A DNA stretch of 20,000 nucleotides from Scenedesmus sp. PABB004 (Eukaryota), in contig JABVCE010000034.1 in NCBI GenBank assembly GCA_014905635.1, forward strand, positions 295,183-315,182. Reading direction: 5' to 3'. This document shows positions 11,140-20,000 of this stretch, one piece after another (the first letter of the stretch is position 1; each line of letters starts with the position of its first letter). The notes beneath the pieces are model-generated. The model was not told the DNA's origin and made no database searches. It was given only the letters and a program-made list of their open reading frames with translations. Position numbers and translations under genes: made by a program.

Positions 11140-12835
11140 ATGCTCTGCTGCTTCCGCCCCTCCGCGCACGAGGCCGATGACGGCGCGGCCGACGTGCTGC
11201 CGCCGTCGTCGTCGCGCGGCAAGTCCGGGCCGGAGCCCGTGGTGGCCGGCAAGCCGCCCGCGGGGCGGCGCAGCTACTCCATCGGCTCGCAGCCGGGCTC
11301 GTCGGTGGGTCAGTCGACGGCGGGCGGGGCGGTGAGCACGCTCGGCCCGCTCGCGCTCGACCCGCTTGCCCGGCTGGGCGAGGGCGCGGCGGTGCAGGCG
11401 GCGGCGGTGCAGCCTGAGTTGGACGCGGCGCTGGCGGCCGCGGGGCACGACGGCGGCGACGACGTGGGGCAGGGTGGCGGCGTGCTGAAGCTGGTGGCCC
11501 TGCTGCAGGAGCTGCTGGCGCTGAGCACCGCCACCCCGCGGCAGCCGCTGAGCAAGGCCATGGCGCTGCTGGTGGTGCGGCTGCCCGTGGACTGGGCCTG
11601 CCTGCACGCGATCAGCACCAGCGGGCGCGTCGTCATGCAGGTGAGGCCAGCTGCGCCATTGCGCCGCCGGGTTGGGGCGGCCCCATGGCGCAGCGGGGGC
11701 AGGCCCGCGAGTGTCGCGCCCGGCCACGCACCGACAGCCAGTTGCTGACAGGCGCCCGCTGCCCGCTGCTGCTGCTCTCCTCCCTGCCGCACCGCAGGTC
11801 GGCTCTGCGCTCAGCCCCGAGGCGCAGCGCCAGCGCGGCGCGAGCGGCAGCTCGTACGCCACGCCCGTGCACGTCACGCCCGGCCGGCAGCGGCTGAGCT
11901 ACAACCAGCAGATGCACGGCGGCAGCGCGGGCGGCTCGCTGTCGGTCACGCCCGGCGGCGGCGGCGGCGCGGGGCTGGGCGTGCACGAGGTCGGCGGCGG
12001 CGGCCTGGCCGTGCTGCCCGGCAGCGGCACCAGCCTGGAGCTGGTCGCGGCCAGCCGCCAGGCGCTGGCGGTGTACGCGGGTGACGACGACGAGGCGGCC
12101 CGCCTGCCGCGCGACTGGCAGCGCCTGCACAAGGACCGCGACCTGCGGGTGAGGCGGCGCGCGGGGGCCTCAGCGGGGCAGGGCGCGGCGCGCGGCGCGG
12201 GGCTGCGCCCGGCCGGCCCGGCTGCGCCTGCGCGTCGGCGTGCGCGCTCACGCCCGCGCGCCGCGGCGGCGGCGGCGGCGGCGCAGTCGTTCCTGGCGGT
12301 GCCCATCATCGCGTCGGGCAGCAGCGGCAGCATCATCGGCACGCTCTCGTTCGGGCTGACGAGCATCTGCGACTGGGGCTCCGCCTGGTGGATGAGCAGC
12401 ATCCAGCTCCTCTGCGGCTGGGCCGCGGGCGCGCTGCCGCAGAACCGCGCCACCGCGCGTGCCAACTTTTTCGACGAGCTCTGGGCCGCTACCACCCTGG
12501 ACGAGCTGGGGCGCGTGTTTGTGCACGGCCTGCCGCACGCGCTGGCCGACCCGGTAAGGGGCCGCTCGGGCGCCGCCCCAGCAGCGCGTGGCCCGCGTGC
12601 GCGCTGTGCGCGCTGCGCTCACCGCCCCTGCTGCACCGCGCAGGCGGTGCACAAGCTGGAGGTGCGGCTGGCGCTGGTGTCGTCGCGGCTGGCCAACTGC
12701 ACGATCTTTGCAGAGCAGGTGGACGAGGCGCAGGCGTCGGCAGCGGCGCTGGACGCGCCAGTTGCGCAGCAGGCCGGCCAGGCGGGGTCCCCGGAGCCGC
12801 AGCAGCAGCAGGAGCAGCAGCAGCAGCAGCAGCAC

Positions 12836-12874
<39 letters not shown>

Positions 12875-15800
12875 CAGCAGCCGGGCGGTGCTGCCTTGCC
12901 CCAGGGCGGCGTGCCCGATGGTGTCATCTTGACGCGCTGCGACAGCCAGGCGGAGGCCAGCAACGCCCACACGTCGCAGCCCCGAAGCACGGGCAACACG
13001 GCCAGCAGCAGCACAGCCGAGCGCCCCGCCGCGGCGACGGGCGAGCAGGAGGTCAAAGCTGCTGCAACGAACGGCAGCCTGGTCGCGGCACACGCGCCCG
13101 AGCAGGTGAGGCGGCGCGCGCACGCGCGCACGCTGCCGCACTCTGCCGTCGCCCCCGCCCGCGCCGCCGCTGACGCCCATGCGTCGCGCGCGGCCTGCGC
13201 CGGCGGCACGCCCCGCGCAGGCGGTGGTGTGCTTCCAGCTGCCCACGTCCAACAGCGTGCTGCTGAGCGCGCTCGAGTGGGGCGAGGTCATGGTGGTGAA
13301 GGACACGGTCACCTACTTTGGCCGCACCGCCGGCGGCGGCGCCGTGCGCGACCTCTTCCTGCCGGACAGGCCCATGGTGACCCGCGGCCGCTGCGCACCC
13401 GCCTGCGCACCCGCCTGTCAGGCGCCGACGGGGGCAGCGCGCCGCGCCCTGCCCGCCCCGCGCCGCCGACACCCGCGCCGCGCCGCGCCGCGCCGCGCCG
13501 CGCCCGCGCTCAGGTGCGCGGCACGCTCGTGCTGCTGCCACTGCTGTTCCGCTGCCGCGCGCTGGGCTGCCTGTACCTGCTCGCGCCGTGGGACATCCAC
13601 GCCGCGCTCGGCAAGGCGGCGCTGCAGGAGATGGCGTTGCTGCTGGCGGGGGGCACCTTCCGCGCTCTGCTGGGCGGCGGCACGCTGCAGCGGCAGTGGT
13701 ACGGGCAGGTGCTGTCGGAGGGCCCGCTGCCAGAGTCGGCGGCGCCGGGCGCGGACGGCGCAGAGCCGGGCGCCGGCGTGGGCGGCGGCGGTGCGGCCTG
13801 CGACGAGGAGCGCAGCTTCAGCTTCTCCGGGCCCACCGGCCGCACGGGCGACAGCAGCGTGGCGGACGCGCTGCCCAGCAGCGAGGGCCCGGTCAACGTG
13901 GCGGGCAGGGCCAGCCTAGACAGCTCGGCCGGCGCGCTGGAGCAGCGCGGCGCGGCGGCGCTGGTGAGCTGCGCCGCGTCGACCAGCTCCAGCAGCGCGA
14001 GCGCGATCAACACGAGCTGCCCGCTGCCGCTGGGCACGGCCGCGGCGGCGGTCGCGGCGGCCGCCGCGGCCTCGGCCGCCGCCGCCGCGGGCGCGGCGCT
14101 GGCGCCTGTCGGCATGGCCGTGAGCGGCCACGCGGCGCCGGCGTTCCCGGAGCTGGTGCTGTGGCCGGAGCTGCTGGACGTGCGCGACGACCTCGCGCGC
14201 AGCCGCCACACCGCGGTGTACACCGCGGAGCACGGCGGCAGCCTGCTGGCGGTGAAGCTCTTCCGCTACTCCCCCACCATGGAGCACAGCGTCCACGCGC
14301 CCGGCGGCGCGCCCGGCGGCGCGGGCGGCGGCAGCGCTGCCGGCGGCGGCACGGGGGGCATGTTTGGCGGCGGCAGCGGCAGCAGCGGCAACGTGGTGCG
14401 CGATACGGAGCTGGAGGGCGTGCTGAGCCTGCAGTACCGGCTGTGCAGCCTGTCGCACGAGCACGTGCTGCGCCACGTCGCGGTCTACCCCCACGTCTAC
14501 GAGGCAAGACACCCCGCGCGCCCCGCGCGCCGCCTGCTGCTCGCGCGCGCCGCCCCGCTCTCACGCGCCGCGCCTGCTCTGGCGCGCGCGCCGCAGGTCG
14601 TGCAGCGCCGCTCGTCGCGGGAGCCGCCGGACGTGTTCCTCACCTCGGTGCTGCCCCGCAAGGAGCGGCACCACCGCGTCGCCGCGCTGGTCACCGAGTA
14701 CGCGGCGGGCGGCTGCCTGCGCGACGCGTCCAACCGCGGCGCGCTGCACGTGCCCACGCCCGCGGCGCTCGCGGCGGCCGCGGCCGCGGCGGGGCTGGGC
14801 CCGGCGCCCGACCTGTCGGCGCTCTCGCCGGCGCAGCTGTCGGCGCTGTCGGCGCAGCTCGAGGCGCAGCTGCCGATGCTGCCGGGCCTCGCGCGGCAGG
14901 GGGCGGACATGCACCACATGTCTGCGCCCCTGCCCGTGTCGGCGGCGCTGGGCGGGCTGCTCGGCCCGCTGCCAGCGGGCAGCACGCAGGCGGGGCCCGC
15001 CGGCGGCGCGCTCGGCGGGCGGCGCAGCCACGACGCCGCGGTGGAGGCGCTCCGCTCCCCGCACATGCCGCTGCTGCGCACGCTGCTGCTGCACATCGCG
15101 CTGGGCATGCAGCACCTGCACGCGCACGGCATCGTGCACGGCGAGCTGCGGCTGGACAACGTCATGATCGCCGGCACCCTGCCCAGCAGCGTGGCGATGC
15201 TGCAGGCGGCGGCGGCGGCGCCGCCCCGGCCCGCCGAGGCGGCGCTCGACGCGGCGCCGCTGGCCGAGGCGGGCGCGCTCGCCGACGACGGCCCCGGGCG
15301 CACGGGCAGCAGCAGCCTGAGCTGGGGCGGGCTGGCCGACGCGGTGCCGGGCCGCGGCGGCGGCAGCAGCGGGCAGCTGGGCGGCACCACGCAGAGCGCG
15401 AGCAGCGGTGGCAGCAGCGCCGCCGCCGGCGGCTTCACGTGCCGGCTCAAGGACATCGGGCTCTGCACGCACGGCTGGTCGCACCGGCAGGCGCGGCTGC
15501 GCGCGCGCGCGCTGCTGGCACGCGCGCGCGCCTCGGGCGCCCCTCAGAGCGCTGACGTGCGCCGCCGCCGCCGCCGCCGCCGCGCGCCGCGCACCGGCCG
15601 CAGGTGGCGATGCGCAAGCTCGCGGGGCGCCCGCGGCCGCAGGCTGTGAGCTGGCTTGCGCCCGAGTGCTTCCGCGGCGAGGGGCTGAGCAAGTACAGCG
15701 ACGTCTACGCGTACGGCATCCTCATGTGGGAGCTCTACACGGGGCAGGTCGCGTTCAGCGACCTCGTCGCGGGCAGCGCCAAGGTGCTGCAGACGGTCAT

Positions 15801-16029
15801 CAACGACGGCGTGCGCCCGCAGTTCCCCGACGGCGCGCCGGCGTGGTACGTGACGCTCGCCAGCCGCTGCTGGAGCGGCACCGCCAAGAACCGCCCCAGC
15901 TTCCGGCGCATCGTGGCGCAGCTGCAGGCGCTCGAGGCCGAGGCGGCGCGCGCCACGCCCGCCAGCCCGGCGCTGCCGCGGCCGCCCGCGCGCTCGCTGA
16001 GCGCGGAGCAGCTCATCGAGCGCACGTGA
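11140..16029 (+). CDS. GAF-domain-containing TKL/MAPKKK-like protein kinase, probable pseudokinase, ~1348 aa. Exons 11140-11640, 11798-12148, 12287-12553, 12644-13105, 13221-13376, 13514-14503, 14597-15490, 15604-16029
   Basis: Kinase subdomains: LLAVKLF, LSHEHVLR, LVTEYAAGGCLRDA, IALGMQHLHAHGIVHGELRLDNVM, CRLKDIGL, WLAPE, SDVYAYGILMWELYTGQ, CW....KNRPSF. GAF-like strands: SFLAVPII...IIGTLSFG and LVLLPLLFRCRALGCLYL. Seven phase-0 introns, two with GC donors. Confidence 0.88.
12800..12880 (+). repeat. Interrupted coding CAG microsatellite (polyglutamine tract) in the kinase gene
   Basis: (CAG)n interrupted by GAG/CAC; encodes QQQQEQQQQQQHQHQQQQQQQQQEQQ. Confidence 0.95.
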
Positions 16030-16098
16030 CGCGGGGGCGGCGGCGTGACGGTCGGGGCGGGGCGGGGGTTTTTCCGGGAGGGCGCCGGCCGGGCGACC

Positions 16099-16103
16099 TG
16101 TAA
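16099..16103 (+). terminator. TGTAA polyadenylation signal of the kinase gene
   Basis: TGTAA, the established chlorophyte near-upstream poly(A) element, lies 70 nt after the stop codon. Confidence 0.7.
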
Positions 16104-16311
16104 GCTCCGTGACCCGGCGGGTGCGCCGCCCCACAACACGTGCAGACCCGGTCCGCCGCTGCAGCGCAGCCCGCCCGGGGCCAACCGCCGCTGCGTCCCA
16201 ACCGCCGCCGCCGCGCTGCTGCTGGCGCAGCGGCCACTCCGATGCTTCCAGCGGCCTCGGTGACGCACGTTCTGAGAGCGCGACGCCAGGGCGGGCCCCC
16301 CACGCAGCGCG

Positions 16312-19301
16312 ATGGCGGCCGCGGCAGTACTCTTTGCGCTGGCTGCCGGCGCGGCGCTTGCTGGCGCCGCCCCGGTGCGACGCTTCCCTGTCTACGCTGA
16401 TTGCCCCGGCAAGGACGCTCCCGCAGGGGCGATGTGCCGGCAGGAGCTCGGCGGCGCGCGGCGCGGGCCCGGCGCGGCGGCGGCGGCGGCGGCGCCGCCC
16501 CCGGCTCAGCTGCCGGTCGACATGCGGTTCCCTTGCGAAGACCCCAACATCCCTTGCGATCTGGTGAGCCTGGCGAGGCACAGCGTCAGGCAGCGCTCGC
16601 TGGCTGCTCGCCCGGGCCCGCGCGGCGGGCGGCGCGCGCCCCGCCCCGCGCCAAGGAGAGGGCGCGCCGAGCCGCTGGCCGCGCCGCGCCGCGCCGCCAG
16701 AACATCGACGTCGTCCAGCCCGTGCTGCCGCCAGCTGGGGAGAGCTGCAGCGACGTGCTGATGCCCTGGGCGCCCTTCCCCTGCACCTTCGATGCGAACC
16801 GCAGCACCGGCGTGCCGGGCCAGCCGACAGACCTGTGCGGCGCCGGCTTCTCGACCGACGGCTACACCAACCTGTTCCGCGGCTTCATGCCCGACCGGCT
16901 CTGCAGCGGCGGCGCGGCGGTGGACAAGCTGCTGCTCACGGTCGACTTTCGGGTGGCAAACGGCCGCCAGTTTGACCGCACGTATTCGTATCAGTTCGGC
17001 AGCGCGGTGGTGAGGCCCGAGCGCGCGGCCGACGGGCGGCGCGGCGCAGCAGGCGGGGCACTGCAGCGGGTGACACCGCGGCCGCCGCCGTGCGCCGCAG
17101 GCGGCGTTTGGCACGTGCAGCGAGCCCTCGCGCCTGATCCGAGCCGACAAGCGCTGGTCGGTGACGGTGGACGTGTCGCACCTGGCCTCCTACATCAGGC
17201 CGGGGCAGCCCACGCGCTTTGCGCTCGCCAACGTGCTGGACAACACGTACAACGTCCCGATCTGGGCCACCGCGCGGCTGGAGGCGGTCTTCACCGCCAA
17301 GGGGGCGCCGCCCTGGGGCACAGCCGCTGCCGCGCGCCGGGTGCACGCGGCAGCGAGCGCCGGCGCGCGGGGCGCCGCCTCGCCGCAGCTGCCCGCGGGC
17401 GCCCCCGACCAGGTCATCCCGCTCGTGCTGCCGCCCGCCTCCACCGAGCCTTACGGCGACGCACTCACCAGCGTGGCGGGCAGCGGCGACAGGTGGGCGC
17501 GGCGCGGCGCGCCGCCAGCCGTCGTGTCGCGCACGCGGCGCGCTCATCATTGCGCCCTGCCCGCGCAGGCCTGCCTTTTGGCCCAACGTGACCTTTCCGC
17601 TGCCGGCGTCTGTGCTCAAGCCGGGCAGCATCACGCGCGCAGCCGTCACGGTTGTGCCCAAGGCGAACGGCTGCGAGGAGTTCTGGTGCGAGGCGCGCGA
17701 GCCTCCTCCCCCCCCCCCCCGACCGCGCGCGCTCTGCGCGGCGGGCGCCGGACACAGTCATTGTGTGCGTACTGCGCTCTGCGCGGTGCGCGGCGCTCCT
17801 CACGTCGCGCCGTGGCGCGGCCGGCCGCCGCGCTGCAGGGCGATGACCCCGAGCGGCGCGGCGACCAACAGCACGTGCGGCGGGCTGAGCACGGGCGAGC
17901 CATACCGCGAGGTGCGCACGCCGCACACGCGGCGGCCGCCGGCGGCGGCGCGGGGCCCCGCTGCGGCGCAGCGGCGGCGCGGCGGCAGCGCGGCGTGGGC
18001 GTGGCGCCCAGCGCTGCCGCCCCCGCTGCCGTGGTGCGCGTGCTTGCCCGCAGGTCAGGCTGTACGTTGACGGCCAGCTCGCGGGGTCCTACCCTATCTT
18101 CTACACCATGTACACGGTGAGCCTGCGCTGTGGCCCGACGCCACACACCGCGCTGGCGCGTCGCGCTGGCGCAGCTGCGCCCCGCGCCCCGACCGCCGCC
18201 GTTGCCGCCGCTGGTGCCCTCGCTCGTGCGCAGGGGGGCGTCGACCCGCGGCTGTGGACCGCCATCGTGGCCGCCTACGCGTATTCGCTGCCCGGCACGC
18301 GCGCCGCAGCAGCCCGGCGGCCGCGGGCCGGCGCCCACACGCCCGCGCGCCCACGTCCGCCGCGCGTCCGCCCGCGCCCGCGCACAGGGTACACCTTTGA
18401 CCTCTTGCCCTGGCTGGGCCTGCTGAACTGCGCCGGCAGCGACCACACCATCACGGTAGAGGTGTTTGGCGCCACCGGCGCGGATTGGGTGCTCGCCAGC
18501 ACGCTGCTGCTCTGGCACGGCGACGGCCCGGCGCCCGCGAGCGTGCCGGGCGCCTCGCCCACGCTGCGGGGCAGCGGCGCGCTGGCGCTCGCCAACCCCG
18601 GCGTGAGCGTGTGCAGCGGCGACGACCTCGCGGTGGCGGGCACGTGCCGCATGGCGCTGCGCGCCCGCGAGATGAGCGTGGAGACGGTGCTGCGCGTCGG
18701 CGGCGAGCTCGCGCTCGCGAGCGTGAGCTACCGGCTTGACGAGTTTGACAGCACCATCACCTATGACAACGCCGACGGCACCTCGTCGTGGCGGGTGACC
18801 GCGTTGCACAGCGCGCGCTGGCTGCTGAGCGCGGGCGCGCCGCACCATGCCAACGCGCCGCACCCGCCGTGGGCGGCGGTTGAAGTAAAGCGCGGCGCGG
18901 CTGCGCATGAGCAACACGCCACGACGGCGTGGCTGCAAGCTGGCGGCGTCGCGGACGGCGCGGTGTTTGAGATATCGCTCAACCGCACCGCCGACGCCGC
19001 CGGCGACGCCCCCTGGGTGCGCGGTGCGTGCCGCCACGGCGCGGCGCGCGACGCGCGGCCGGGCCACGGCGGGTGCGGCGGCGATGAGCGCCACTACCAG
19101 CGCTTGATCATGGTCAATGTCTACGACCCGGCGCAGCCCCAGTGCCCGGTGCCGGCCGGCCCGACGCACACGGCGGTCTGGCACGGCGCGCCGAGCGGGG
19201 GCGGCGACGGCGCGACGTGTTGCACGTGGTTTGCGTCGGCCGCGTTCTGCGCCCCCGGCCCGCTCGCAAACGAGCTCGCATGCGGTGCGGCCGCAAGTTG
19301 A
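16312..19301 (+). CDS. Peptide-N4-(N-acetyl-beta-glucosaminyl)asparagine amidase A (PNGase A family), secreted, ~726 aa. Exons 16312-16563, 16701-17009, 17101-17492, 17569-17685, 17839-17911, 18054-18116, 18234-18294, 18388-19301
   Basis: Signal-peptide-like MAAAAVLFALAAGAALAGA. Splicing reconstructs the PNGase A motifs GRQFDR, GTCSEP...W...DVS, GCEEFW, PYREVRLYVDGQLAG..P...YTGGVDP.LW..I.....LP.Y.FDL.PWL. Seven phase-compatible introns give an intact 2181-nt CDS. Confidence 0.9.
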
Positions 19302-19339
19302 GGGGCGCGGGCGGGGCGGCTCACGGGCGCAAGGGCGTG

Positions 19340-19344
19340 TGTAA
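19340..19344 (+). terminator. TGTAA polyadenylation signal of the PNGase A gene
   Basis: TGTAA lies 39 nt after the stop codon. Confidence 0.7.
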
Positions 19345-19409
19345 ACAGCTCGCACGCCCCTCCGCAGCGGCTCCACCTCGGCGGGCTTGGGCGCCGCTCG
19401 CAAACCAAG

Positions 19410-19502
19410 ACATCCCTTGCGATCCGGTGAGCCAGGCGAGGCACAGCTCAGGCAGCGCTCGCTGTCCGCTCGCAACCCCGGGCCCGCGCGGCGGGCGGCG
19501 CG
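19410..19502 (+). repeat. Diverged direct-repeat copy (~90 bp) of 16547-16636 (end of PNGase exon 1 plus start of intron 1)
   Basis: ACATCCCTTGCGATCyGGTGAGCCwGGCGAGGCACAGC(G)TCAGGCAGCGCTCGCTG...GCTCGC...CCGGGCCCGCGCGGCGGGCGGCGCG occurs at both loci, with a few substitutions and two small indels. Confidence 0.92.
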
Positions 19503-19767
19503 GCGCAGCAGGCTCACTGTAGCGGGTGTGAACTGGACGGGATGCGTGAGGCACCGTCCTTAAGGGGCGCAGGACCAATGGGCGCGAGCCTGTGGTGTAT
19601 CTATCTTTGTCTTTTTGTCTTTGTCGCGGCTGATACGGCGGCCCCTCGGGCTGCTGATGTCAGCGCGGCGGTCAGCGTCAGCAGCGTCGCTGCTGGTGCG
19701 GCTGCTCCTCGGGCTGCTATTGCCGGCGCGGCGTGTCGGTGTGCAACACTGGAGCAGGCACGGCGTC

Positions 19768-20000
19768 TAGGGTTTAGGGTTAGGGTTAGGTTTTAGGGTT
19801 TAGGTTTAGGTTTAGGGTTTAGGGTTTAGGTTTTAGGGGTTTAGGGTTTAGGGTTTAGGGTTTAGGGTTTAGGGTTTAGGGTTTAGGTTTTTAGGGTTTA
19901 GGGTTTAGGGTTTAGGGTTTAGGGTTTAGGGTTTAGGGTTTAGGGTTTAGGGTTTAGGGTTTAGGGTTTAGGGTTTAGGGTTTAGGGTTTAGGGTTTAGG
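19768..20000 (+). repeat. Telomere, Arabidopsis-type (TTTAGGG)n, G-rich strand running toward the chromosome end
   Basis: Tandem TTTAGGG runs to the end of the window. Proximal units are variant and distal units are perfect. The orientation fits a right chromosome terminus. Confidence 0.98.

Noticed and set aside
13474..13504. (GCGCC)n, (GC)n, (CCG)n and C13 (17708-17720) tracts as possible mobile or CRISPR-like repeats
   Set aside because: Simple intronic microsatellites with no spacers, terminal repeats or target-site duplications.
19542..19796. 84-aa plus-strand ORF with a hydrophobic start running into the telomere
   Set aside because: It ends in translated telomere repeats and has no poly(A) signal or recognisable homology; probably chance.
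1..20000. Functional clustering (ATRX-like gene near a telomere; five genes as one pathway)
   Set aside because: The genes have unrelated functions (chromatin, peroxisome transport, endosome, signalling, deglycosylation). Nothing beyond proximity links them.

Overview
Eukaryotic, extremely GC-rich, intron-dense DNA from a green alga (Chlorophyceae/Sphaeropleales-like by inference from short GC-rich introns, TGTAA poly(A) signals and TTTAGGG telomeres). The window is the right end of a chromosome. Manual splicing gives five genes: (1) a 3'-truncated ATRX/ARIP4-like SNF2 helicase on the minus strand, with an ~1200-aa N-terminus that seems to carry Agenet/Tudor-like repeats; (2) a peroxisomal-type mitochondrial carrier (PXN/SLC25A17-like, minus); (3) a divergently transcribed WDR91-like protein; (4) a probably lipid-anchored tandem-GAF + TKL-type pseudokinase; (5) a secreted PNGase A-family amidase whose stop codon is only ~470 bp from the telomere. 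The tiny subtelomere holds a diverged ~90-bp copy of the PNGase exon1/intron1 junction. The telomere has a proximal zone of variant repeats. Of 28 modelled introns, 4 use GC donors, 13 have 3n lengths and 5 are exactly 93 nt. Most long ORFs in the supplied track are GC-driven shadow ORFs or exon/intron read-through. No prokaryote-style system (CRISPR, operon, transposon) is seen. The best candidates for novelty are the two domain architectures and the chromosome-end structure.
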